A stretch of DNA of 63,011 nt, the filler included, from Phoronis australis (Eukaryota; Animalia; Phoronida), in assembly GCA_002633005.1 (NCBI GenBank). It is 7 parts of 7 records of this genome, joined end to end, with 100 filler letters (N's around TTAATTAATTAA, not from the genome) between each part and the next. Parts side by side here need not be neighbours in the genome. Positions count along the whole stretch, not along the records: positions 1 to 28,285 come from NMRA01001303.1; positions 28,386 to 30,920 come from NMRA01003627.1; positions 31,021 to 34,260 come from NMRA01003129.1; positions 34,361 to 37,902 come from NMRA01000207.1; 3 more parts are not named here. One strand, written 5' to 3'. Positions 25,134 through 37,902 of this stretch are shown piece after piece (positions within the stretch are counted from its first letter, which is position 1; each line of letters begins with the position of its first letter). The notes under the pieces are model-generated. The model was not told the DNA's origin. It did not search any database and saw nothing but the letters and a program-made list of their open reading frames with translations. Made by a program: the position numbers and the translations under genes.

Positions 25134-26882
25134 CTTAAAAAATAAAACTCCTAAACTGTAACGGGCTAAAATTAACAGGAATGCACATTAATACGAAAAA
25201 ATGCTAAAACATCTTGCTAGGGGGCTTCAACAAGCGAGGGAGGCATCATCGTCCATACAGCACAATTTGAGAAAGTGTCGCAACTAATGAACGCATGAGT
25301 ATATTCAACAGGCGAACTGTGTATGTATCAGTGACAGCAAAAATCAAGTACACCCTTTCTGAAATAACTCTTCATAAAATTGGTGTTTCCGTGAGTCATG
25401 ACGTATTTTGGTCACGAAATTAGGTCACGTCTCGTACCTGTATGTCCTTGTACCATCCATCAAAAACTCAAATAGCGTTGTAGCGGAAGGAATTTTGAGA
25501 AACCTTACTCCTAAGGCAGTGTATCCTAGGCCCTGTTACAGTAAACTTAATTTTCAAAGCATGAACCAAGCTAAAAAGTTGCCTGTTCCCAAACTTAACC
25601 ACAATAAAAGAAATCATGACGTTGGGACTCATCTCTACACTTCGAAATAGACGAAGCAATAATCGAAGTTTCCGAGATAAGGTTCTTCTTACTCCGTTCC
25701 AAGGTGATCGTGATATTACCGGACGAATTTCTTCGGATTTTTTAGCGCCCTGTAGGAGAGTATTGAGTTTCTTTGGCTGCGTCTAAATCTAATTTTGGCG
25801 GTATATATCTGTTTGGTAATAATTCATTCAATTTACACATTGTACAATTAGGTCTAAAAAGTGTTATTTTTCTTGTGCAATTTTGTTGAAATAAAGGTAG
25901 GCCTGTCCATATTTTTGGTGGGTTTGACCCGCAACAGGGGACTGCAGACAAAGAGAAAGATTGACGGCAACTGGGTGGTGGGAGGATTGTGTTTTGATCA
26001 TACCTTTCTTAGGGCCCAAGGGCGAGGAGTTTCCGATTTGTCCGCTTTTACAATGGGTGGTGGACCACGTTTTATAGGTCTTCTGGAAAATACTTTTTTA
26101 AAATACTTTTAAAGGCCTAATATGGTGCTAAAATGATCATATTTTATATATAAGATACGTGTATTGACGAAAAACATCAACATGCGCTGTCATACATTAG
26201 CGGATTTGGTGGTGTGGTCCAGGTGTTCGCCCCCCCACCCCTTCCTTGGCTGCCGCAAAAGACAAGACAGCAAGAGCACAGGGAAATGTTGAGTTTATTA
26301 ATTAACCCCGGTAATTAAAATTATACAGCGGAAACAAGATTTAAATGTGTGCAGTTTTAGTGTGTTTGGGAATGGGGGCTCAGATCCAATTTCAAATGTC
26401 AAGTTCGGAACACGGCTCAATTGTAACGAAACTATTGCTAAGTATTGATTCTCCCGCGGTATCCCAAGAGACCGGCAGTGGCGCTGCCCCCCACGACTGT
26501 TTCCGTCGTCTGCTTCACTGTGCGATAAAGAAAACTACACGTTTTTAAAATGGAATCTGAGGGACGATGAGAAACCAGAAGCTGCTGATAAGATGTCAAT
26601 TTTAATCGAAGCCTTAGTGAATCACTCAGAAACAACAATTCTCTCGTTGTCAAATCTTAATTTAAGACGATTTCCAAAGCAATCGAGTCATTAATGCCAA
26701 CACAAAAAAACGGATTTGGTGTTTTGGGCAATTGAAGACTATTTTAAATACAACAAGTTTGTTACGAACTGATTGCACAAAATATAAAAAATGTAATAAC
26801 CAATACAAAAACAAGTGGGTTTCGCTCGCAAACGCTGTGAACCATAAACAAGTAGGTATCTTATTATCAGATTAGGAGTGAA

Positions 26883-26950
26883 GTTGTGGTGGTGCAGTGG
26901 TAAAGTACGCGAGTTCTCTCCGCCAGGTCGTGAGTTCGAATCTGTGGGAT
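26883..26950 (+). mobile_element. tRNA-derived SINE head / tRNA pseudogene
   Basis: Pol III A-box-like tggtgcagtgg and B-box gagttcgaatc at tRNA-like spacing; acceptor stem not intact. Confidence 0.55.
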
Positions 26951-28384
26951 GAGCAGTTTTTCATGTTTGACACGTTCTCCGCGTTTTTTTTTTCTATTTC
27001 TTTGCCTTTTTTACTTGGATTATACTTCAGGAATGAAGGCAAACTCCCCTCCCGACCTCCCCCCATTAGGTGCTATGCGCCTCTAATCGTGCTTTGCACA
27101 AATGTTTTCGGACAAAATGTTGGGCCCCTTGTGATATCCAAGATATGCCACTGCCATAGCTTACCCCCAAACGTTAATTAAGTAGGCATTGGACAATACA
27201 ATAGCCACATTACAAACTCATTTTAGCGCCAAAAAATGAGATGGCTCTTTTACTAATCGAAGTCTAAGACGAATTGACTTTCACCGTGTCTCCATCGTAT
27301 TGAATCGGCGATGACTGTCCGTTTAATTTAGTGCAAAATACGTGGAAGATCAAGGAAACACATTACATGTAGTTGTTCATTTCATGTCAATTTGTAGTAA
27401 AATTGATCAAAACCATTACTTTTATACTTTTTTATTTAATTATTTAGCAAACATTCCAACACGGGCCAACATGGAAATCTCCGGGAGTGTGACTGGGGCC
27501 GTCGAAACAGCCGGAAAAAAGTCTTCGTCCGAATTATTATCAGGCAAATTCGCAATGTTTATTATAAACTGTCGTTTGCTAGATAAAAAACTTTGATGTC
27601 GGGAAATTTGCATTCATGTCTTCTTGAAGCGGAAGGCGTGAACGCTGAGTGATTCAGATAGGGGCCGCTGTCGAGGGTCTCTCCTATATTGGAATCGGAG
27701 ACAAAAGACCGTTTAATTTGGTGCAAAATACGTTTAAACGTTACAGCACATTAGCCTGACCTTTTTCTACACAGCAATTATAATAAAATTCATTAATTTT
27801 CAAAATAATTCGTCATGAAATCCTGCAACCAGTGTTCGCCTCGATTTTGACTCGGTCAACCTCAAAAGATTGAAAATTTTACACACGTTCTGAGTATCTG
27901 TAAACAAAAGCTATGAAATAAAGTCTAGATTGTATGAAAACATGCCGAATATAAGGATTTGTAATCAATTGGACGTTTTGAATTCAATCAAAAATATATT
28001 CCGATATGGGTCGACAGTGTCTGAATTCTGTTAGGCCTACGGAACGACCCAAATCAGAATATACCGATTTGGGTCGGAACGGTAACACGAAACGTCGAAG
28101 TGCACACTGCAGATGTTAGTTGTAGCAAGTCAGATAGCTGTTTGAAGACTATCGCCAAAATACAGCTTGGCCTACGTGACACTGTGAATTGAGCTCAGTT
28201 AGACAACGAAATTTCATACAGGCCTGGTATGAGTACTGTTAGTCACCTCGTCGTGAAACTTATACATGTATCGTAGAGCCAACGANNNNNNNNNNNNNNN
28301 NNNNNNNNNNNNNNNNNNNNNNNNNNNNNTTAATTAATTAANNNNNNNNNNNNNNNNNNNNNNNNNNNNNNNNNNNNNNNNNNN

Positions 28385-29010
28385 NTACCTAGTCTGTATC
28401 TTCAAAGGTCCTCAACGGATTTTCATAACATTTGGAATATAGGCATCTTTTAGTGAGATGACGGTATCCTCCTGTTTTCGAATGGAATCGAGGTATTTTG
28501 TACCACCTAGTGGCCATTTTTGCGGTTTTTGAGTCCACTCTCTGTCAACCAAACCATTCTAAAGATGATTTTCAAAATTGGCGTATATGTTCTCAGTTTG
28601 AAGAGGATGGTTAATGATGACTACTTTGAATACTGTGGCGCCTCTTAGTGGTAGTTTTATTTTGTTTAGCGCCCATAGCTGTATCTCCTAAACCCATTGC
28701 AGGATCTCTGTTAAATTTAATAAGTGTATTTATATGAAGCTAACAACAGACGTCGATGACCTTTAGGTGAATGCATCGAATGGTGTGCCCCCTAGTGGCA
28801 ATTTAATTTTTTTCCATTTTCCTTTCTCTGGAGATCCTTGGCAGATTTTTATGAAATTTTTAAATAGCTTTCTATTAAAGAAGCAGTGGCATGTTCCCGT
28901 TTTCGGGTGAAATGAACGTTTTTGCGCCATTTAGTGGCCATTTTAAGATACAAATAAACAACCCTAGAAGCATTCGTGGGCACATTTCAACGCTTCGTAT
29001 TGCTCTTATT
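28385..29010 (+). mobile_element. HINE-like repeat family 2, copy 1 (truncated by gap)
   Basis: Internal ~140-bp periodicity; end cattcgtgggcacatttcaac; reverse-complement similar to 58455-59316. Confidence 0.7.
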
Positions 29011-29522
29011 TAATTGTGACTGTATTTGCTGGCTTAACGATAAAAAAACTACTGACCATCTAAAAGCCGGGTTTTATTTTGGGGACACATTGTCCATTCT
29101 GTTTGCATGTATTGTACTTTCTATGCAACAATAGATAGTTGTGCTAACAGCCCTGCTAATGCCCGCCTACCACTTGTGCTGTCACATCCATTGAGCAAAC
29201 ATGAATGCCGACACAAACTGTTCAGTAGTGAGTCTGTGTCAGCTCAATCGAGGTGAATGCAAAAGCACTCTTCTTTTCTGTGAATGGTAAGCACATGTCA
29301 TGGGAACAGCACTTGACAATGGAAAATGTGTCTCCAAGTAACTAGGATTTTTTTGGTTTTAATGTAATGTTAAAGACGGTTGCGTTTCCTTTTCAATCTC
29401 ATTTGTAGCTTGAGAGAATTTATTGGTTGTGAACTTTATTAAATGATCGTTTGACTTCAGCCCCCATCTCATGCAAAATTTATATTAATATACTCTAGTC
29501 ATTCCTTGGTTTGTTTTTACAG

Positions 29523-29622
29523 GCTTTTCTTCAATTGGACTCAGGACAGTGGCCGTCCAGCCAGCGGTAGTTTGGTCCAGCTTGTTACCAAAGATGGCCA
29601 GACAGAGTTTGTTGTGGCGTAG
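29523..29622 (+). CDS. QDPR: Dihydropteridine reductase, last coding exon
   Basis: ttgtttttacag|G, phase 2: LFFNWTQDSGRPASGSLVQLVTKDGQTEFVVA*, matching the QDPR C-terminus as recalled ([28 protein letters not shown]). AATAAA near 29868. Upstream exons not seen. Confidence 0.85.
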
Positions 29623-31020
29623 TAGTAGTTCATTACAACGCATAGATTTGATGCACTTGGCAATGTTTAGCATAATGAAGTGTACCACATTGGACCTACA
29701 GCACCAAGCTAACAATTTACGTAGAAACCAAGTTTTGGCTTAATATGAGCAATGTAGAGGCTCCATATGTCAGTTTCAGTTATTCATAAGATGTGTGGTA
29801 AGTCTTCCCCTATTTAATGGTGAAAAAGTGAACTTTATTTTGGTAGATTTCTCTTCAACAGAAACAAAATAAAGTTAAAAAAAATCATTGTATAATTACT
29901 ATGCTTTGTTCTGTGCAGATTTAACATTTGGTTAAGTTTCCATTATTTGTAGCATTCCTTGAAAAATAGAAAAACAATCATTTTCACAATCATTTATGTG
30001 CAAAATTAATGATATGCTGAAATTTCCCAATACCTGTAAGGTAGTGATTGATTACATGGAGTGCTTATCAAGACTCAGTGTATCTATTAGCAACTAGCCT
30101 TGAGCATTCAATCGCAGAACCAGCCAAATTGGTTTTTGTGCATAAAATAATGAATTTATCAATTTCAAGTTATTACTTTACAGACTTTAGCTACAAAGTA
30201 CTTTCAATTTTACCAAAGATTAGAAATCATTACAAATCTGAGTAAGGAAAACATTGATGTCAATTTTGTAGTAGTAATCAGTCTTGCTTAAAAGTTGATG
30301 TTTTTTTACATAACCGTTAAGTGCACCTGTTTTTCGAATTTCTCACATACTCAGAGTTGGGATCTGTGTGCGCGTCTTCATTTATCACCAACTGGCGCAC
30401 GGGCATTGTATCTCCGGGGAGTACGGCAGAGCCGTGTGCCTCCGCCCCCCCCATTCTTCAGTGCAAAAAGTTCCCGTTTGTTCCTCCCCCTGTTTGTTTC
30501 AGAGTGCTTCCACTCACTTCACGCACCGTTGAGTTTTGTGCTTCTCATATTACTTGCTGAGAACCACTCGTTTGCTTCTGTTGTGTTTCTTAATGTACCA
30601 ATCTCGGCATTTAGCCTATTGTCTTCTGTTGTTTTATGTAACTATGCGGACTACATCATGTCTTTGTGCTTTCGTTAGGATGTTTGTTTTAACATGTGGC
30701 TTCTGCTTGTATTGCAGAGATTTGTATTCAGTGTTGAGGCACTCATTTGCCCATTTACTGTTTAGTGCAGTAGGAGATCTGTTGTGTTTTGATAGCATAG
30801 TTTATAGCAGCATTGTGGTCAATATAAGGGACTGTTTTGGATTTTAATTAGAATAATGAAATAGCATCATGGTGTCTGTAATTAACTGTGCCTTGTGAAA
30901 TGCTAAACATTCTGTTTTAGNNNNNNNNNNNNNNNNNNNNNNNNNNNNNNNNNNNNNNNNNNNNTTAATTAATTAANNNNNNNNNNNNNNNNNNNNNNNN
31001 NNNNNNNNNNNNNNNNNNNN

Positions 31021-31081
31021 GCGTGGTTGCGCTGCACGCGAAACAAGATGGCGGACGACCTTTGGAGCCTGACGACAATAG
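31021..31081 (+). other. Probable first exon (of CHD1/2 or NT5C/M)
   Basis: CpG-rich segment with aagATGGCGG (YY1-type start-region motif) and donor AG|gtaacc after 31081. Confidence 0.45.
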
Positions 31082-34000
31082 GTAACCGGACTATATATGT
31101 CGGCGGATTGAAGCAACAAACTTCGGCGGCCTGAAGTGGAATAGCACACATGATACAGTGGCGCCATGATCTCGAGTGTGATTGGGTTTTATGTTCCTCA
31201 GTCGCTGCTCTTCCCGGGTAGGCATGCATTCAGTAGGCAAGTTTCCTGAGAGAAAAGCAAGATCACGCAAGACTGATCCGCTAGTTCGCGGTGTATTTTT
31301 AGGGGAAGCACGTGATTTTGTAAAGATTTGCTCCCTGCTACTAGACACTTTGGCAGTCAAAGGTGCTAATGATTGACAGATCTTATACTTTGAACATAGT
31401 TTGAACAATGTAACATTTTGTTTACATTGTACATTTCTTTATGAGTTGAAAAGTCAACCCGCTCTTAATCTATCACAGATCATTTATGAGCTGGAAGCCG
31501 TGGTAATCTTAAAATGACAGTGGGCATCCAAATGATGAATTGGGTGTCCTTGTCAGGGTGTCCACATTAGTGCTAGGGTGTCCATTTGGACGACCAGGAA
31601 GTACGGCGCTGCATGAAGGCCTGCTCCCCGCTAGTCACTTAAAACGTCCCAGAATTTGTTCAAAGCACGTGCTCAACAATCGGGCGATACTACTATTAAA
31701 TACGGGTGCTCCATCGGCTGCAGAAATAATGAAGCAAAAACACATCGCGTAAATTTAAGTCCTCAGGCAAATCAAGAGTTCAAAGAAAAACAAATTTTTG
31801 ACCATATGGATGCTGACAGAATGTTCGACTTGCGCTTAACGACAAGTTCATTTCTTGCGCTGTTGCTTTTGGTTGGGTGCTTCCATTTAGTTGTCAGGAG
31901 TGAAAGTCAATAAAAACGTGCGTTTAACCAAGACCGGAGCAGCGAGACAAGTTGCTTGTCACAATAGCTCGTATCTGCTTCAGCGTTGTATTCAAAATAA
32001 TGCGTCAGTTTCGCCTTTTAGCCTGCCATACGTGGTGGTTACCATCACTATAGACGTGACTGGGTACCATTTGTCAGTGAATTGTTGAAGTGAGACATTG
32101 AACCTGATGAGTCGTATGCGGTTTCCGTCCAAAATAATGTCGGTGCAGTTTCCATTATTGTTGGTCATGTACCAGTAGAGTGTGCTCGTGTTTTTTTTTA
32201 GATCTTATTTCATTGCTCAGGGTGGTGATGTTTCGTGTACCATCACGGGTAATCACAGAAAGGTCTGCCATGGACTTGAAATTCCTGTCAAGTTCCATTT
32301 TGTTGGTTCTTCTTCGGCAATTTAATATATTTGACAAGTGCTGTCTCAGTGATCAGTACATGCTGACAGGAAGTTCCGTGCGTGAGCCAAAGGAAACAAT
32401 TATGTCTCCGTCAGTAAAAAGCTTGAGAATACAGGTATTTTACCGCCATAGTATGACAAGGTCCTGGTTCCGCCAAAACTGATTGATTGTCACTGAAAGG
32501 TAAGGGAGTTGCGCACGTTTTGGAATCTTAGTTTTGTGCAGCGAACGTTCACAAAAGCACAGACTCTTTTTAGGAAAAAAACAGTGCAGTTGGCCTGATG
32601 TCATTTGCAGTGCATCAGATGTGCACAGGCTTCATGGTTGGGCCCATTGCACAAAATACCTGAGCCACTTTTAAGGAAGTCTTGATCGTGAAAATTTCAG
32701 GAGTGGGCGGTAAGCCGAGCGTGGGCAGTAACCCGGACAAATGCGGTATTAGTCTAAGCCCAGGGCCTAGTACTAGGCCCTGGGCTTAAACTACAATACT
32801 TCCCACTGTTTTCTGTACTACTTTCATCCCGCGTATTTAAACGGGCAGTAGGCGAAATCCGCTCACCAATTAAGAGTTTTCACCTTGTCAAAAATACATT
32901 ATACACTTAAAAATATCACTTAAAAAGCGCTTACTTCAATGATCCTTTCTGCTTCTACACATATCTTCGATGAAGCATAGTTACGAGTTATGTTGACTAA
33001 ATTGTATTCAGAGTCATGGTATGTGTTAATTATAACTCCATGTGGATATGTGCATGTTTCATTCGATTTTATTTGCTGTATTTTGAAATGAGTAACTTTT
33101 TATGGGGATGTACTAACGCCCCTGTATGCGTGCGGCATTCAGGGCGATGTAATTGCCTATCCTTAGTCCAATTGCCCAAATCCGCAACTGGCCATTTTTA
33201 CACTGCTCGTGCCAGGAGATATGCTGTTTTTACCAGGTAGAAACCTCTTGTCTGCATTACATCCTGGTCACCGTCTAACAGGATAGTGAATTTCAATACG
33301 ACAAGTCTATTAGCAACTAGCGTACCCCTATGAGAGGAGGTCAGACTCTGAGCAAAATGTGGTTACACTTCGTTAGTAAGTTTTGAGTTCTTTATTACCT
33401 CTGCACTGAAATTTTGGGTAACTTTTGCTTCAGCAAAGTTGCCATCATCTCCCAAAAGATATCACTTTTACCAAATCAAAGCGTATAGAAACAATAGACG
33501 TCAACTATCAGTTTCATGGGTGAATGAAGGGGTATGTCAAAAATAATTGCTAAAGTATTTTGCTCAAGGATTTAAAGACATCTGTAGTGCGGCCTCCAAA
33601 GGCAATATGCTCGAAAGGAACCTACTAATAGCAAAGATGTGACTTTGGTGGTGGATCTGCCAGACTGGACCACACTTAAATGAAAATTTTCTAGCCTACA
33701 TGAAATATTAGGAAGTCTGCCTGCAGATACTTTGCCAAATTAGTCAAGTCTGTTTGACACCAATGCTCTCTTCTCAGTCGTCTAATAATGAAATATACCT
33801 TAAAATTTCTTTGTACATCCATGTTTACGATACTTTTTATAGGATTACTTTACTTGGTCTCTTGGTGTTATTAATTTCATTAATTAATACAGTTTACTAG
33901 AATGGCCAACATTGTTAGGACTACAAGTCACAGAAATCACTAGTAAGAAGGTTTTTGTTGGCATCTTCTCGACTCAAAATTTTTCGACTCTTAATTCAGA

Positions 34001-34143
34001 CAGGACTTTTTCTATCTAAATTAGTTTGTGGCTAATATCTCTCAAGGCAGATCTTTGCTGTATAAGGGCTTTAATATTGTCTCTTTGTATAGCTTGTCAC
34101 ATTAACACTGAAATGTGACTAATTGATTTAATTTATATTCTAG

Positions 34144-34260
34144 CTGAATCTATTGCTACTAGTCATCACCCAGACGTTCGCAGTGAAGATGCCGACTTCT
34201 GAATCTAGGAAGTTACTGGTCCTTGTTGACATGGACAGTGTTCTGGCTGATTTCGAACTT
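34144..34260 (+). CDS. NT5C/NT5M: 5'(3')-deoxyribonucleotidase (NT5C/NT5M family) exon, truncated by gap
   Basis: tttatattctag| acceptor; MPTSESRKLLVLVDMDSVLADFEL contains the family HAD motif I (VLVDMDGVLADFE). Confidence 0.8.
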
Positions 34261-34360
34261 NNNNNNNNNNNNNNNNNNNNNNNNNNNNNNNNNNNNNNNN
34301 NNNNTTAATTAATTAANNNNNNNNNNNNNNNNNNNNNNNNNNNNNNNNNNNNNNNNNNNN

Positions 34361-34446
34361 GCGGCCATTGTCATATGTGGCGGCCATTGTCATATGTGGC
34401 GGCCATTGTCATATGTGGCGGCCATTGTCATATGTGGCGGCCATTG
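34361..34446. repeat. 19-bp tandem repeat, 4.5 copies, abutting a gap
   Basis: Unit gcggccattgtcatatgtg. Confidence 0.95.
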
Positions 34447-34902
34447 CCATTAGCTTTGATTTACGGTTGTTACGAAATTGACCTCGGCTTGTTTGTTACC
34501 CGGGAGACTATTTGAGGACGTGGAAAGCACTGAATATTGGTTATGACTTTACTTGTCTTGCTATGACGGGGTAACCTTCCACGCCTTACCGCATCTAAAT
34601 TGCAAATTGGCTGTGCTTACCAAGTTCAGAAACCTTTTTGCATCTGGGTGGAGACTAGATTTATAGCGGTTAAAGCCTCTTAGGGTTTGAAGTAAAAATT
34701 TGACTATTTCAGCAGAACGCAGGTATCACCAAGCTGTAAGTGCCACTTATTTCTATCTATAGTTGTCTTACGTGACCGCTGGTGATGTCACTGTGTCATA
34801 CTTTGTATTGAGTAAATGTGTCAGTAGCTGTAACCTGCAAAGAAGTGAACTTTACACCTGTAATCTTGGACTCTGAGACAGGAGCCCGTTTGTCTATTTC
34901 AG

Positions 34903-35131
34903 CAGTGGCTCCGAGAGCGGCTCTGGTTCCGAATCGGCGTCAAAGTCGGGATCAAATCCATCCAGCAATGGTTCTGGCGCAGGGAGCAGCTCGGAGGAGG
35001 AAGATGCAAAACAGCTGAACAACCTGATTCTGGAGAGCGGTGAGGACTCGCACGATGCGTCGTCACGGGCAACCAAAACGTCATCCAGCAACAAGCTGCC
35101 CAAAAAGGAACGTCTGAAGGATCTTAAGGAG
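34903..35131 (+). CDS. CHD1/CHD2: Chromodomain-helicase CHD1/CHD2, Ser/Gly-rich N-terminal exon
   Basis: ctatttcag|C (NAGNAG acceptor), GAG|gtgagg; SGSESGSGSESASKSGS...KLPKKERLKDLKE, continuing in frame into the next exon. Confidence 0.8.
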
Positions 35132-36229
35132 GTGAGGTGCAGTAATACTGAGGTGTATTGTACAAGGTGGGATTTTCCCGAGTTTGGTGAGATCATGAAA
35201 AATCATGTGATTGAAAGTCTAGTTTTTCGCAAGCTTGTGAGCCTAGCAAAAAGGTCGCCGTAAAAGTTATTGGCTGGTGAGGCTGCAATATTGAATTATT
35301 TGTGAAAATCAAAATCAAGTGTGCTATTTCATTTCATGAGTTGGGATTTCTCACCTCAAGGGTCTCTGCCAGTTTCTTGCATTACATAACACACTCATCA
35401 TTTTGCATGTTTTGCTATATATTTCCCGATACCTGAACATGACGATTCATCTTAAGGCTAGCCATGGCTGTAGGGTTTCACGTCCAAATGACTATATCTG
35501 CTGAGCAGGTTGGTGGTGAGTCTTTGAAAAGAAGAATTGTGTTTTAAAAATTTGAAAATCCTTGATGTATTATTATTAACATGGTACGTCTATGTAGTCC
35601 TGTCAGGGTTCCGAAATGGTTTATTTTGCCTGTCAACGTATTTTGCTTCATTCTGAGGTGAACAATTTTGATTTTTCCCTAAAAAAATTTACAAGAGCAA
35701 GTAGTTGTCATTCCCTATGTCGTCATGAGTTTCTCAGTACATTGTGACGAAACTTGAAGGAGGTTGGGCATGAGTCTCCGCTCCAATCTTTTGATAGTTT
35801 CTACAACCATAGCACCCCCTGGTGGGCGAATTTTTTTTCCAACCATTATTATGGAAAAGATTTGGCAGTTTACTAAAACTTAATACTGAAGTAATGGTGG
35901 TGTGTCAGCTCCAATCGATTTTTGGACGAATTTGTTAACTGTAGCACCTCCTGTTGCCTATTTTAGTTTCGAACAAGAGGTTTGTTGTCCATTGATTGTT
36001 GTTGATATTGCTCGAAACGTTTTGAAGAAACTTTATGCTGAGGTATATGATGGAGATGGGCTGACTCCAATTATTATTTGGACGCCACCAGTTGACGTTT
36101 GTTGGTTTTTGACAAGATGTTCATTGTGCATCACACACATATTGTCTGGTAGTTGGATAGATTATGAAGCGTCTTGACTTAAATGTATTTGGCGGGAATG
36201 CGCCAGGTCCAATTAATTTTTGCATTGAC

Positions 36230-36405
36230 TGGGTTACTGCAACACCTCTCACTAGGTTGGATTGGACTGCTGCAACACCCGCAATTGGATAGATTGAGTT
36301 ACTGCAGCACCCCCATTTGGACAGACTGGGCTTCTCGAGCATATGCTTGGTTAATCGCTGCATCCCCACTGGGATGTATTGGGCTATTGCAGCACCCCCA
36401 CGTGA
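36230..36405. repeat. Degenerate ~32-bp minisatellite
   Basis: Recurring tgggytactgcaRcacccc motif about 5 times. Confidence 0.6.
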
Positions 36406-36727
36406 GCCACTGACTGTTGTAAAAACTGCCAGACAGATTTTAAAGAAACTTAAAATCAAAATATTTGGCAGTGCTAGCCTTAGGTGCAAAAGTATGAATG
36501 ATAACTTAAAGGTGTTATAAGCCAGTCTTTGGCCATTTTCAGCTATTAAGTCACAATATTGAGTTGTCATGTCTTCTCACGCCCATAAATGTGGATGAGG
36601 ACCAAGTCAAGACAAGTTTCATAATGTTAAGTGGCCCAAGTCTCGAGTTAGCTTTTTGACTGGTGGTGGGTTTTTAACACCTTTAAATGACGTGTTGGCC
36701 AGATGAGGAAACTGTTTCTTCTTTTAG

Positions 36728-36811
36728 ATGTGGGAGGTGCAGCCCGACCTGTACGGTGTACGTAGGAGTGGCCGCGAGAGGAAACAGGTGACGCGTCTCT
36801 CCATCTCGCAG
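36728..36811 (+). CDS. CHD1/CHD2: CHD1/CHD2 next exon
   Basis: ttttag|ATG...CAG|gttagt; MWEVQPDLYGVRRSGRERKQVTRLSISQ matches the CHD2 motif as recalled ([28 protein letters not shown]). Confidence 0.88.
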
Positions 36812-37842
36812 GTTAGTCACTTTGCTTCTGGATAGCAGGGCTGTTGCTGTTACAGTGGTGATAATACTTGTACTCCCACTGAAATAAGTGCGATTGCTCT
36901 TCCTTTAAGTTGCCCAATCGCATTTCTTTTGCCACTTTTCATTGCATTTGAATTATTTGGGATTGAAATTAGACAAGGCTTTATGAGCTTTCGCATAGTT
37001 TTGAGATTTTCCACTAACAAGTCAGTCGTTTGCCAATTTTCCAGACTTTTCTGGGGGCACTGATTGAACTTCCATTGAATATCGTTAAATAATACAAGGG
37101 CACGCAGCCTTGGAGATTTTTCGTACCCAGATCAAAAATCATGATTGGTCTATTATACAAAACATTCGGTTGTATTTAGATGTTAACGGTGTAATTCGCC
37201 AAACTAGGTCAGTAACATTCACGAAAGAAACCTCAGACTTGTGTGAGATTGTCTTCAGCTAGCCTAGGCTGTTTCTGGTCTTTACCGATATTAGCATACT
37301 GAGGTGAGGATGTGCTTTTGACCCCATTGCAAAGTGTATGAACCTATGTGTTTATATAGTTCGGAAAAGTACGGATCTGTACGCTGAAGACTTGGAACTG
37401 CTAAAAGCTGCAATATTGTGTTGCTCTCGTAGTACTGATAATTAACATTCTATTATACTTTTAAACTATTAAGTTGTGTCAGTGTTATCAACCTTCCCTG
37501 ATTGTAAGTACCATGAGCTATTACACGTCTGCAAGCTTCGTGACAATCAAGCTTCCCTGGCGCCCTCTAGTACCACTTTCCGTTACATGCCTTATACGAC
37601 ATCTGTTTGCTTGCAGATTCTGTTGTGATATTTTTTGTGTGTTTTCATTTCAAGTTAATGTTTGAGACACCAGGCTCCAAGTAGTTTCCAATCTGTGCTC
37701 TGTATTTTTCTTTCCTTCAACTGGCTGCACCTTCCAGTTGGACCTTGTAAGCACCCCACATTTTCAGTCGTGTTTTTCATGCCTCTGTAACACTATGGTC
37801 CGGTCCACACATAGCCTACCCTAGAACAACTTGGACTAGTGC

Positions 37843-37902
37843 AACACACACACACACACACATCACACACACACATCACACACATCACACACACACATCA
37901 CA
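37843..37902. repeat. (CA)n/(CACAT) microsatellite
   Basis: Read directly; runs into a gap. Confidence 0.95.

Noticed and set aside
26883-26950. Functional tRNA gene
   Set aside because: A and B boxes are present, but the acceptor and anticodon stems do not pair; treated as a SINE head or pseudogene.
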